63,568 nt of DNA, filler included, from Choristocarpus tenellus KU-1152 (GCA_964200185.2; 11 parts of 11 records of this genome joined end to end with filler, not necessarily neighbours in it); one strand, 5' to 3'; positions 27,291 through 40,799 are shown, counted from the whole stretch's first letter. Notes: generated by a model not told the origin, from the letters alone. Made by a program: numbers and translations.

Positions 27291-28719
27291 GGATTTGGGA
27301 GAGCTGCGGAGTAAGAAGTGGGTTCCTAGAAGAGAGGAGGAGAAGGCCAAGACCATCCAAGAGGTGAAAGGATTGAAGGGATTCGCTTACATTTTGGTTT
27401 TGAATTTTTTTGAGTAGGACATGGTATGGTGTGATGGGATGATGTGCTAACTTCCTTACATCTCTTATGAATTATTTCCTCAGTTCTGCTGTTGAACGTG
27501 ATTTCTTTATGTAATACTTTTGATGATAATTCATTTGACTTCTCCATGCCGCATTGCCTTGTAGTAGGGTTGTTAGGGTTAGGGTTAGTGTGTGTGGATT
27601 TCTTTGTTATTTGTACCCTAACCATTTCACTGTTTTAATTTTATTTTTGGTAGTGTACCTTTTGTGACAATAGAGGGTATACCCCCCATTTTGAGTTGGT
27701 TGTTGCTACTGTTGAAGGTTAGTTGATGTGTGTGTGTGAGAGAGAGAGAACACCTTACTGATGGACTCCTTTAACAAAAAAGAAAATACTAAATAGTGAA
27801 AAATGTTTTATTTATTTTTTGGAATAAGAAACTGTTCTTTAAATTTATTTATTTTGTTTTTAGAAGAAATAAGAATCTGTTCCTTATATTGTAGAGCCCC
27901 TCTCTTTTTAGTGAATTTTCTGTTCTTTTGAATGTATACAAAACTTGTGGAGTGAGTGGATTGATTGCATGGATGGGTACGTGTTAATGTTCTTGTCTCT
28001 ATTTATAAATCAGATGCCATTAGAAAGAGAAATCCTAAGGCTGGTAAAAGGTCTCTATTTTATTGCTATACCTGAGTCAGATCATGGGAAATATTTGTTA
28101 TTTTTTAAGTTATTGCTTTGATCCGAGGGGATATTCTACCCTAGTCAGACTTTGCCATGTATGGATAAGTTAATATTTAGTTTTTATTTTTGTAGTTATT
28201 GCTCTAGTCCTAGGGTATTGCTATACCTGAGTCAGATCATGGGAAATATATTTTTTTCTATTATTGCTAGTATAGAGGGTAATAGACCTGAATCAGACTG
28301 TAGCAGATACTTAAAAGTTCATGTTTTATATATATATATATATATTTATTCTCTATTTCCTTTATGATAGTGTACAACTAGTGTGTGCTTGACTCAGATC
28401 ATAGTAAATAGTAGTTAAAAGTTATTTTTATTTTTCCATTCGTTACTTTATAAAAAATATATATATATTCTTAACTATTCCACCCAAGTCTGATCATATA
28501 GAATAGTTAAGTATTTGGGGGGGGAGGGTTGTTTTGTTGTTTTGCTATTATTTTATTTATTATTATTGTATGTGTGTTTTTCATTTGGAATGTTGAATTT
28601 TTCAGCTGCACAAGGATATTGCCAAGGAAGAAGATGAGAAGAACCGGAACAGTCTGAGGGGAGGAGGAAGGGATAGAGGCGGGGGGGGGGGGACGGGGGG
28701 GAGGGGGCCCTTCGTCGGT
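27291..28719 (+). CDS. EIF4G: eIF4G-family translation initiation factor, internal fragment (end of MIF4G domain)
   Basis: Exon 27291-27363 (ttag|G GAT...GAG|gtgaaa) plus exon 28606-contig end splice in frame to DLGELRSKKWVPRREEEKAKTIQE-LHKDIAKEEDEKNRNSLRGGGRDRG. This matches the eIF4G/eIF(iso)4G D..dLR..WVPRR.E.KAKTI.EIH motif. Confidence 0.75.
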
Positions 28720-29709
28720 NNNNNNNNNNNNNNNNNNNNNNNNNNNNNNNNNNNNNNNNNNNNTTAATTAATTAANNNNNNNNNNNNNNNNNNNNNNNNN
28801 NNNNNNNNNNNNNNNNNNNAACAACACGTTAGGATAAAGACATACAGTCCCCCCCTCCCTCCCCCCATAGGTGGTCTCGTTGCCCCCCACTTCACTTTTC
28901 AACAGCATCAAATTCACTGATGTGCGCGTTCTGTCCCACGGCACTTGACTTCGCCGCGTTCGTGTTCTATGTCCTATAACACCCAAGAGGAAAACATGCA
29001 TAACACACATTATGTCCTATAACACTCAAGAGGAAAACGCATACATAGCATACATCGTGTCCTGTCACAGTCGAGTCTGAAACGTGTAAGCAACACCTAC
29101 CGTAATCAATGCAGAGAGTTCGAAGCATCAAAGAGTAAGATTTATCTTTCCACCGTGGCGTGCGTTCGTGTACGTTTGGAGGAAAGGGGTGTGTGTCTGA
29201 CTGAAATCGGAAGACTGTTGATGCAATGCACTCAACTAACTGCTTTCTTTTTCTTTTTTTTAAGAAAAAATCTATATCCCTAAACAGTATTCACTCTCAG
29301 ATGAGGGATGAGGGGGGAAACAAAAAAAAATAGGGGTAGGGTTGACGCCGTAGAGCTCTCTACCGAGTAGCCAAGGATAGCAACGTACATATCGTTTCAG
29401 CCCATGCTTCGAACTGCTCCAGACACGTTCGAAAGTGGAACATTATTAAAGGCCTTAGCACAAACTCCCCAATGTGTTTCGAAAGAGGTTATTGCATTTT
29501 CTGGGGCGAGCAAGTTTTGCCACCCTGATGGTCACCGTGCATTTGAGGACTTTGCCTTTAAAAAAGAACTACTCAAGACCTTCCCTCCTCCAGTTTCCTG
29601 ACTCCATAGTTTTTTTTTCCCCCTGCCAAGGACATTTTTAGGTGTTCCTAGAATAGGTTGTTTCTACCTCTATATATATATACCTCCCCCGCCGTCCTCC
29701 CTCCTTCAC

Positions 29710-31730
29710 CTTTCCCCGGAGATACTTGTGCCGTGTAGCCTCTAGAAACTCCCTTCTGGTCTCCTCCCAGCGACTTGCATCTGAGCCATCGGCAACATAA
29801 ATAATCCCGTGAACATCATGGTAGTAGCTCTTCCATATGCCACGGATCTTCTTACCCCCACCCAAGTCATAGAACTTTACCTGTACCACCACAGACAGCG
29901 TTGGAGCATGGTGAGGTAGGCATCCCCACATGCCAGGTTACAATAGCGAGTGGAAGGGATCATTGACTAGGCTTAAGGGTGTGAATTGTCGTGGGAATTG
30001 AGAGGTGGGTGTTGGCAGTGATGAAGAGGCTTGTCAGAGGTGGAAGGTGTGAGATGGGACAAAGCAGATGCTACAGCGCTACACATTTCCTCCCCGACAT
30101 CCAAATCCATCCACAGGTCCCTACTGGGACCTCCAACTAACCTTTAGTTTGTCGCTGAGCATCATTGTTACAGGTTTGAAGCCCACACTTGGGCGAACTT
30201 GGGGATCTGGATCGCCTTGCAGGGTTCCAAGGAGAGTGCTCTTCCCCGCACCATCAATCCCTAACAGGAGGATAACCGCTAGCTTTGGTAGAGCCACCCT
30301 GGCTGAGGCACTGGAGGACAGAGACTCTGCCTTCGATGGCGGGAGGGTTGCTGTGGGATCAATCTAAGAAAAACGAGGACACCATGTTGTTTATGTGTTA
30401 GAAGTATTTTTTTCCTGGATGGTGTTCATTTTACATTAGAGACAAGTATATGCTCAAATACAATTTTTCAAGTGTGTTAACTGACAGCTGGTAGTTGATT
30501 GAGTCTTGAGGATGAGGAGGGGTGCCCCACACTTGGTAGTCCATACCATACACAACGATGCGGAGTATCCTTGCAACACTCTGCTGTGAGTCAGCCTATT
30601 ATATTGTCTCATGCCCAACCATTTTAGGGGGGGTATTGAACTCTGGAGAAGACTGGTTAACCTCAAAGTTTATACATCAACCTCAATAGATAACTGACAC
30701 TTGGACTTTCTGAGGAAATCATAAACAGTGTAGGATAAGCCTGTTGCAATTACTTACCACAGGTACAGCATTCAATTTTAGCTCATTGAGTATATTTGTG
30801 GGCGTAGGGTTCTGAAGTGTCATGCGGTGGTCGAGAATGTACAGTTCAGAGTTGATATTCACTGAATCAGAAACCTCGCACCTCAACATCCCACGGTCTA
30901 TTCTGACTCTCAGTTACGCCCTCAGAGATGACGTGATTCCCTGGGCTAGAAATTAATTCCTCGGATCTGGAAATCGCAACGTTGACAGGAGGTGTGTGAA
31001 TCTCAGCCTTTTCCATTCTGGGTGGAGAAGTCTTCTGAACATCTGAATCGATGCTCTGTGCATGCTGCAGACGACTGCGAGCTGTGGAGGGGCGGAAATG
31101 CCTTCTGTCCTGTCCCTGCACCTCCGATGGAGAAGTGAATTTCGGTAGTGCCTCAGGTTGAAGGAATGGTGGGCTGAGTTTCTCTTGTAGTTGCTCCACT
31201 AGGAATGACTCCACATCCGCTGGCATCCGTCGGAGAGTCCGATGTATCAGTTCTATAATCAGCGGCCCGATCTGCCTAGCCATATACACTCGATCTTCGT
31301 GTTTGGTCAGGCGCTCTCCAACTTTGTGCCTGTACTTCTTACTTCCCCTTTCAAAAGTACAGTCACTTCCAACGATAGGCATAATGTCACCATCCCTTGC
31401 GCTCCCACACCCGAGGAACAGACCTTCGCGCCTCGCCAAAAGGTAGCCAAGCATTGCGGACTGCACATCATTAGGGCGTTCTGAGATGAGATATGTAATT
31501 AGTAAACCCATAATGGGATCCACTTTTGCACACAAGTACGAGTGTGTGTCCTCGATGCGACGCCGCTGTCTCGGCGAACCAAGCGGAGCCTTGATTGAGT
31601 CTGTAGTTTTGCTTCGTTCTGTCCTGGCTCGCCTTCTCCACTCCCTGTTGTCCCGGAGATGTCTCACACCTGCTAAACCACTTCCCCCATTCTCCAAGGA
31701 GTACAGGGTTTCCGCCATCACTACCGCCAT
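29710..31730 (-). CDS. ARL13: ARL13-family ciliary small GTPase with long N-terminal extension; 3'-incomplete
   Basis: Phase-0 exons 31730-30882, 30363-30142 and 29880-29710. P-loop LLGIDGAGKST, switch I PSVGF, and FYDLGGGKKIRGIWKSYYHDVHGIIYVADGSD with the ARL13-typical Gly in place of the catalytic Gln. The NKxD exon was not found before the contig end. Confidence 0.85.
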
Positions 31731-32230
31731 TACCGACCTCTAGACTAGTCTCTATTTCTCAGAATTGACGACTGACTTTGTTGTCAGTTACACTTCATTC
31801 ACCTATAATACAATGAAATCCATTCACCTCTATTTCTCTCGCGCCTTTCGCCTCCTGCCTCGCAATACGCGGAAATGAGCCAAACATAGTGCACTCTTCT
31901 TCTATGTAGGATAGATTTTGCCCTTTTCCATCCCCTCAAACATCTGCAAAATGTTAAAGGGCGAAGAATCTCCACACTTGGAGAGAAAGTCAGACCAAGA
32001 CCCTATCAAAGAATCATATATTTATGTCAACAAGAGTAGTATTAGTAGTGGAGGAATCTATGACACGTGAGAATTGTTTATATTGCCCTTCCCAAAGTCA
32101 GGGTCAGGGACAGGGTCAGGGTTAGGCACCTCCATAGTCCGTCCTACTCATCAAAAAACCTGTGACTAGGGTAGTAAGAAACTCCGACATCGGAAATTTT
32201 ATCGCCTCCCCCAACACAGTGCACACTCTG

Positions 32231-32501
32231 GGTCCATGGCATCCTAAAGGGGGGGTCAAGGGTCCATTCGGGGCCTGTATGAACCTGTAGTAATTTTCAT
32301 GTCATCTGAGTTAATGTTTCAAGTGTAAGGGCAATCTCCTTCATCTGAACGCACCTTCCTTTTCGACCCCCTTGCCCGAACCAAATCTTAACGAAAATCA
32401 CTCGCAAAACGGGCATCAAACTGGGATATAATACAACACATCATCAAGCCCGAATGGACAATCTGGGCTATACACCCCCCCCATCTAAGATACTATGAGC
32501 C
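32231..32501. mobile_element. Related MITE family C, TSD TCTG
   Basis: tctg|GGTCCATGGCATCCTAAAGGGGGGG...CCCCCCATCTAAGATACTATGAGCC|tctg. Shares the GTCCATTCGGG subterminal motif. Confidence 0.8.
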
Positions 32502-33118
32502 TCTGGTTATCCTTGTTAGAGTACTCCATGGACTTGACGACACAATCTTACAGCTCTTCACAACCAAGAATCGAGTGATCAGTAACCCTTTTTTAAGACC
32601 TCCAACAAACTCACCTAAGATGGACATCTATTACCCATGCATCATAATGGCTGGCGTTTGCGATTAAAAATAGTCCATCTATACTCAATCACATCCATCC
32701 AAACATAACTCACAATGGCGTTTTTGTCCCTTGTCGGTTCCATAATAACACCAACCACCAAGGCACACCTTCAACTAGAGTCCCAAATAATACTGTTATA
32801 ACAGTAGGAACCACATCCCACAAAAAAAAAGTCATGGAGATAGCAGTCAGATCCTAACTCTTGTGTGTTACTCGACCAAACTTGCAGTCCTAAGGAACCT
32901 ACAGCACACACCACTAACACCATTCACCACGAATGAAGTATGACCATTGCAAGTTTCATGAAAACTTTTTTTCTTGCTAATCGTCTGCGATGTTATTGAC
33001 TTCTGCACTGTTCATTACAGATTTGTTGTGCCACTTGAAGTAATTCCTCTGCAGTCATCGTAGTAGACTATTCATAGCAGCAGAGGCGGAATGCTGTGGT
33101 CGTGATTTTGTGTTCTCG

Positions 33119-33300
33119 GTAGCCAAAATTATCTGGGGGGGTGGAGGCTGTCCATTTGGGGTCCATTTTTCCATGTCACGATTTTTGGGTGATTTGGTTA
33201 CATGCGTCAAATGGACACTGTATGTTCACTTCTCCTGGTCAAGGTCTGAATGGACACCTGGTGTAGACCCCCCGCCCTTCCCCCCCAGATACTTTGAGCC
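33119..33300. mobile_element. MITE family A, complete, degenerate left TIR
   Basis: Internal sequence aligns with 2425-2601. Right TIR CCCCCAGATACTTTGAGCC. Confidence 0.85.
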
Positions 33301-33347
33301 CTAGTGAGTCAAGGCCCCATTTATTGATGGATAAACCTTCTTGGGAC

Positions 33348-33900
33348 TTACTTGGTATTACTGGTTGTGTTAGTGTTAGGTATGTTAGGTACACCTGATG
33401 GGTGAACTTTTATTGATGCGTTGAAGTTCCCAGCTTTCCTTTTTTTGCAGTTTTTTTCTCTTCTGACATATTTAGTCCATTCACTTGCTTTCTCTGTGTC
33501 GCAACCCAACCTTGCTACAACCTCAGCCGTGGGTTTGGAGATTATTACATTACTGGTATTATGTATGCATATATGCAAGTGACTGACCAATCGGCATGCA
33601 ACCGCCCAGAGAGTACCAGCTTGGTTGATACATCGAGCCAGTAGTCCGGTTGGGAACAATAATTACGTGGATGCTTCGGACTCATCCATAATTGAGAAGA
33701 GTCATGCATAGATTAATTCAATCAAGATTTCAATGGATTGTTGATTGATAGACTCTCAATGTGTTTGCCCACTCTGAAGGAGCCTCTAGATTTGCTCATC
33801 CAAACGTTCAGGTTTAACGCCACCTTGAGACTCAATGATTCGTTTGATTTGTCTCAGTTAAATCAGTTGCACCGTTGAAATTGGCAGATGCAGTAATTTA
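33348..33900 (-). pseudogene. Possible hAT C-terminal dimerisation remnant
   Basis: PDYWLDVSTK / TLWAVACRL resembles .wW......P.L..vA.rl. Degenerate. Confidence 0.25.
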
Positions 33901-34041
33901 TTGTTATGAGTCTCCATCACACAACAAACGACACACATTTACACCCACCATCTATGTGTTTAGTATTATAGAAATATACTACGTAGTAGTAGTACTGTAG
34001 CATGTATTGAATGAAATGCACACCATAATGCATTGGAGGAG

Positions 34042-34085
<44 letters not shown>

Positions 34086-35499
34086 GTATGTAGACAGCAC
34101 CTCGACACTTTTGGACCAAGTTTTGATTTCTTTTGATAGCACGAGATTCTCAAAAATGTGCCCCGCCTGCATTAACTATAGCGATGAGCTCTTTGTTTCA
34201 TCCTATCGTCTCCCCACATGAGTTTTGTTAGTATTTCGAAATACACCTAGCTGTGCATGCATTCTCAGCAGAGCAGAGTGCAAATCAACAATTTAAAGTA
34301 TTTTGTCGCACCTGAATTGGAGTATGTTGCTCAAAATGTTGTCCAATTCACATTTATCCTCACTGCCCTTCCCTGATGGAAAGCGTAGGATGCACTCATC
34401 TCCACCATTTCATGTAAACTAACTCCAAGAAATAGTAATATGTGTAAGTAGTGATCATAATAAATATATACATTATTTATGTACTAACACCACCGCTACT
34501 ATAATCATCATTCAGAAAAATAGTCACGATTTGTACATTCGTATTCGTGTAAAATACAAGTAACAACAGAGATCATATGTACGCTGGGTCAAACAATATG
34601 CTCCCATATGACGAATCAGAGTAGGGGAGGGTCACCATTGGGTCCCTCGCGAAGGGTAGACCCTGTTGGACAGTTTAGTGCCAGCAATCAACCATCCACA
34701 CACAGGTCAAAATGGAGAGGCCTTCCATATGGTGGTAGTTTATACGATCTGATAGGCAAACATGACTTGCTACAACGTACTGATACCTACTTCAAGTGTG
34801 TCTACTATACGATTTAATCCCTTCATAACCTAGGTAACTCTTTTTTAGTGAGTTTATGCACCTTCACTATTGCTAATAACACCTATAAAAGCATACTATT
34901 AAAATTCTTAATGAGTGTGACAATCTGTCACACTAAAAAAAATGATAGTGTTTTGGAGTATATAGAGGATTAAGGCCGGCTCAGATTGTTATGTCTATTT
35001 TTAATTTCGTCGTCCAAATGGTGTTTCAATAAACGTACAAGGCGACATTTGAGTAGTCCTATTTTCACAATAAAAAATAATTATTAAGTCAGCATTGCGC
35101 CGTCCTAACAATGACGAGAATGTCCTGTTCCTCCACACATCAACCTGCTATTGTACATGTGATTATTTTTGTGATCGAAAAGGTCATGAACAATAATAAT
35201 AATGTTATTTCATCATCCTACTCATTGAACTACTGAATACTTCAATATTGTGAACGTATGATTCTGTACCATACTCTTATAAAAAATATATGGGTCCCAT
35301 CTTCTTACAGACTCTTGATTTTCACTTGAAGACTACAACAACAGGAGGTAGCCCTTGTTGTAGTTGTAGTAGTAGTTAAGCCAGAAGCAATAATTTCATG
35401 GACACATCTAGTTGGTGTAAATATATTCAATTCCAACTACATCAATTGTAACATTGTCGGTTTCTCTTATATAGTACGACCAACAATAATATCAAAACA

Positions 35500-35834
35500 T
35501 ATCCTAGCTGCCCATGACGCCGGGATCACAAGGAGGACTTAACACGAGATGACACGTCTCCTCAACAGGATTCGTTTTGACTCCTTCAGGACACAACTGG
35601 CCAGCCTTCCAAATGAGGCCCACCAAGGGAGGGAAAGCTCCTCATTAGCCCTAGCGCGCCACCGGAGCCAGTGTGGACAAGGGGCAAACGCGTGGGCCGC
35701 AACTCAACCTCTGGAACCAGCATGCCAGATCCCCCCTCTAGAATTTAAGCTCACAGTCAGCATATCCCTAGGGAGGGAGGAAGCCCTATCAAACAGGTGC
35801 CCAGTGGCAGGTTGCAGGAGGCAGAATGTCGATA
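35500..35834 (+). mobile_element. Non-LTR retrotransposon (CRE-like) post-RT fragment
   Basis: ARHRSQCGQGANAWAATQP...IPPLEFKLTVSISLG...RCPVAGC resembles the R..S...gA.aWl...P......l...eF......LG......C...C segment of CRE-clade ORFs. Truncated by the contig end. Confidence 0.5.
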
Positions 35835-36073
35835 NNNNNNNNNNNNNNNNNNNNNNNNNNNNNNNNNNNNNNNNNNNNTTAATTAATTAANNNNNNNNNN
35901 NNNNNNNNNNNNNNNNNNNNNNNNNNNNNNNNNNTTCTGTCTCCTTGTCAGCTTCTTTCCCTTGGGTGTTTTAATTGGAGTACGGCTATTAGTATCCTTT
36001 TGAAAGTTGCAACCACAGTAGTAACTAATAGTGCTGGTATATTTTGCTTGTTCAGTTGTGTCATCCCTTGTAG

Positions 36074-36331
36074 GAGCCAAAGCATCTTAGAGGGTAGACC
36101 CGAGTCCATTTGGGGGGCAAAATGCAATGTTGCGATTTTGATATAATTTTGGCTACCGTGTTTGTTAGGAAGTGTCAATATCCTTGTTTCGGACATACCT
36201 TGTCATAACATACACATTTTACCTACTCCGAATTTTTTGGACTAGGAAAATATCATAAAAAACCCCAAGGGAAGCCAAGCCCCAAATGGACAAACAGGGC
36301 AAAACTCGTACTCTCTAAGATGCTTTCACTC
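36074..36331. mobile_element. MITE family B
   Basis: gtag|GAGCCAAAGCATCTTAGAGGGTA...TACTCTCTAAGATGCTTTCACTC|gtaa (3 of 4 TSD bases match). Confidence 0.88.
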
Positions 36332-38062
36332 GTAAGCAGTTCCTGACACCATTATATCTATTCGTGCTGGTAGTACGCCCACCGACATATCAGCTGATCT
36401 CTTGTAAGTAGCGTATTGAAGAACTCCTAGCCATAGTAAAATCCGTTTTCCTCCAAAACCTAACCCCACTATTTCCGCTGCTGGTTAATTATCCTCAGAC
36501 GCTTCTTGCAAATTAGCGAATACTAAACGCTACATAAACGAAAAGACAATCTATGGAGGTTCACACCCCCATTCACATTCCGTTCATTGATACTCCTTCA
36601 ACCCTATATCATAAGCTTCCTTTCTTCTTGTAGCGTATTTGCCTTTTTTTCAGCCAACTAATTAATATTGTTAACATCCACCTCTCGTAGAACACCAACA
36701 AATGATGAATCGTGGCCCTGCACCACCAACCTTATATTGTGTTTTGTATACCTTTCTTTATCCCTCCAGACAACACTAAACACACCTGAAGAGCTGCAGA
36801 AACCACGTGACCATTGACTGACGTCATGATTGCCTAGATCACCGATTATGCTTCCACTCTGGTTGGTTTGGAATAGTCGGAGGTTTTCGAACAATTATAC
36901 TGCGAGGGGGCATATTGCTGGAGGTTTGGGATAAAACCTGGCAGGCGAAAAGGGTAATGGAGCAACACTCAACACCGCCAGCCTCTCTTTCACACCATTG
37001 ACAAAAGGGTAGTTGATCTAGCACATACCTGAAGGTGAAAGTCTTGAGAGTTGCGGCAGTTACACTACAGCTGGATATTGTTGTTTGGATGGATGATGGT
37101 GTTCAACAGCATGATGGGCAACAATACCTTGAAGGTGTATCATTTTCAACAATTTGGTGGTAGAAAGGTGTATGCATCGGAGGGAGCACTGTGTGCATGT
37201 CACATGCATTACTGGGACCTGGGGCCAAGTGATGGAAATATCACCAACTGGTCGGGAATGAGTTAAGATTTATCTGACTTGCTATAGCCCAAGTCTGTTA
37301 TTCAAGCATAACGACTTATTTGGGCTCGTATGGTGCACCAATTGTTAGAATGTTAACTTTAATATTATTTTCGTACTACTATTTCTTGGCAGTCGCAGAG
37401 AAGCAGCAGTGTGTATTATGTGTATTTGTCTATTGTTTGTGTTCAAAGTAGTGATAGTGATGTTGTTTGAGTTAGTGTTGTTTATAGCACTTCCACCACA
37501 CACCACCCACACACTGCTTTTTGTTAAGTATATATTATTTATTGTGTAGTTATTTCATGTTATATTTTGCAGGAGTTATGTATGATGTGTGTAATGTTCT
37601 TTTGAACTAATACTACTTCAGAATATAATTATCATGTTAATGTGAAGGAGTATATAGAATTGTAGTATTCACTATAGATTACTTCGGACCTGACTTGTGT
37701 GGTAAATTGTGGTGCTTTTAATAATAGAGTGTAGAAGAGTTACAAAGCACAGGAAGATGTCAACATGATAAAACTCTGCTATTCATAGTGTATATGAAAT
37801 ACAACTCAAACATACACAGTATCTACATTGAACATTATATGGAAAATATATGTGGTCTCCAAATGTAGAAGGTAGGAGGTAGAAACATTGCAAAAAATCC
37901 AATGGAAACTCTCCGAAAACAAGGCAACACAGACCAGAAAATGTTGCTGAAAGTGGAGGGAAATCTGAGAGTTTCGTATTCTGAGGTTTCGAGAAGGCTT
38001 TAAACCTTGGAGGGAAAAATTATGATTTCCACACTCGTGCAATAACACTTCCACGCATAGAG

Positions 38063-38063
<1 letters not shown>

Positions 38064-38119
<56 letters not shown>
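38064..38119. repeat. (GT)n microsatellite
   Basis: Uninterrupted GT run. Confidence 0.95.
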
Positions 38120-38121
<2 letters not shown>

Positions 38122-40166
38122 TGTATGTGTTCTCAATGGTTCAGTACCACACAGCGTCCCTAGTCTCACCCCCTAATCGTTGTTACTCCAATAATAGTGT
38201 TCTTATGTTGAATGCGCTGTAGTTGTGGAGGTGGATTGCCATACTTGTTCGAAAAACACGAGATTGAGAAACGTGCTGGTAATGATAGCATAGGGTCGAG
38301 TCTTTTCCGGGCCCCTCGTGTAAAGAACGGGATGCCTATTCTTGCCTTGTAAGTGAAGGGGAAAGGAGGTAGACTAGGGAACGTCTGTGCATGGCTGCAC
38401 AGGGCAAATATGGGGTTCTTAAAGATGGGGTTCTTCCGGTAATTATGTCTTAAGATCTGCATCCAAGACAGATATCGAAAATTTTCTTGACTATTGACTA
38501 ATGTGTGTACTTCTTTACGTGACCTCTTATGATTAATACCACCATTTTCAGATGTCCGTGAGTTTTGCAGAGAGCATAAGCCATACATTCTTCGTCACTG
38601 GTGTACCCTTCTCTGACTCAGAACCTTGAAATGGCACGAAGAGCGTGATCTACCTTTGGCAGTTTCACAAAAATAACGCTCGAACCTCCCTCCCGGAAGT
38701 ACTCCAAGTTCTACTGAGTCAACTCAGCTGAGAGATAGAGAGAGGGTTGCATTTTAAGGATCCCAAGAAAAGTAAAAAAGATGCAGGTTTGCGTGATGGT
38801 AGAAAGATACTCTGCTGGATAGTGGTGTCACTTTCTGTGTGGAAAGGGGGGATATCAATTTTTCACACACTATTGTGCGCATTAAGCAGTGGAAATAGAG
38901 TGTATTGGACAGGGAAAGAAATATGGTTTAGAATGCACAAGGGTCCAAACCTGCAACCTCTCAATTGATTCGGCTCACTTTTACGTGCTGTATCACCATT
39001 CTAACTATACACCTCACACTGTGGGTATTTTGCAACTTTCATGAGTTCTGCTGATATAGAGAGAAAGAGGCCATGCTTGCGCATTGACAATAACGTGCAG
39101 CACAAGCGACAGAATCGAGCTGTAATGTTCAATTCGGTACAGGAGACAGAAGATATTCGAATGAAGAGAACAACTTTTCTACTACTGAACACATGTCTGT
39201 GCGTGTCTGCCTTAATGGTCTTGATATATTAGTTTGATATTCTGCTTATCAATTACATCATTATATACATTTTGGTTACCAGTTACTGTGGAAAGTATAA
39301 GCAACAAGATGTGTCTATCCATTCGTTCCGATTGCGGGATCTCAGAGACACTCACGTGTGTGCTGGTTCAAAGACAAAATAGTTCCGCTGGTTGCCGTTG
39401 CCATCTCCCGTTTTCTTCTTGTTCTCCCCTTCTTTCGGCGTAAGCTAGAACCCAATAAGCAACATGGAAAGTGCAAGCATCTTAAGTACAACAAACAGAC
39501 AAACAAAAAGTCCCCCTAATTGATGCTCAATCCATGGATGCAGAAACCACGGTCCTGGCAGGATGCAAAAACTAAGAAAAAATTACATATATCCACAACT
39601 TCACACTACCTATTGATAGCGCAGTGTTCCATCAAGCAACGTAGGTTGCGAGACATCTTCTCACGTCTGGGAAGCGGTTTCTGAGGTCCCGCAACTACTT
39701 CTGCTGTATGCACAAGTGATCAAACCCCAAAAATTGACTGCCCCCAACTGCCAAAACCCCCCTGACAAACTTGCTCACCCACTTACCCATTCTTACCACG
39801 CTAGAAAGATACATATGCAGTAGATAGGACAAGGAATAAGAACGTCAGACCTTTCATATGCAGAGTCAGCCTTCCATGTGCTTCTTTGCAACACAAGTCA
39901 TGATGGGTAGTAACATAATTATTCTGAACAGGTTATGTTTCTGTTCAAACCGAAAGGGGGAGAGATATTAAATAATAACCACTCCGCATCCTTCCACTAC
40001 TACTACTTCTGGGGACAGTCTCTTTTTAGTCCAGAACATTTTACCAGTAGTGAAAAACAAAAAAATATTTGCAGAAATTAGCTGAAAAATATAGTCTCAA
40101 TTAGCACTCCTCTGTGGTATAGTGATATCATGCAACAATGTACAAGCACCACAAAGATATATCTCT

Positions 40167-40344
40167 GATCCAAAGTATCTGGGGGGGGGAGGGGGGGCTA
40201 CACCAGAGTGTCCATTTGGACCGAAACTAGGAAAAGTGCACTTTCATTATCCATCCAACGTATGGAACCAAATCACCCAAAAATCGGGACATTAAAAAAT
40301 TGACCCCAAAAGGACAGTCGCCACCCCCCCAGATACTTTGAGCC
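40167..40344. mobile_element. MITE family A, complete, TSD CTCT
   Basis: ctct|GATCCAAAGTATCTGGGGG...CCCCCAGATACTTTGAGCC|ctct. Opposite internal orientation to 2425-2601. Confidence 0.9.
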
Positions 40345-40799
40345 CTCTTTTGGTGGTTCTTCGTAAACTTGCATTCGCCACAGCCACAATGTTAAAGAGC
40401 CAGAGTGCTCCTTGAGCTTCCTCCAAGTAGTTTATGTTCAGCGGTTTTTCGACCAAGTATAGTGCGGAATCCATGTATTTATTCAACAAAGTGTAGCAGT
40501 GTTTCAAGATATATATCTTATCTACTCTGGTCAAGTGTGAGGGTGTCGGGAAACTAAGACCAAAATTGTTGGACAAGGACTACTACTATACTGTAGATAG
40601 AACAGTAGTTTCATCGTTTTTTCCCTTTACACATTCTGGAAAATGTTGGAGGGATAATAATATATGTAGTTGCCAATCCTGAGACATAGAATTTTTTTTT
40701 TATTTGGTTGACGATACGGTATGACTAAAAGCAAACCGTAGACGGTAAATACTGAGTAACGCATACCGTTTCATGCTCAATGCAACACATACAAGGTTT

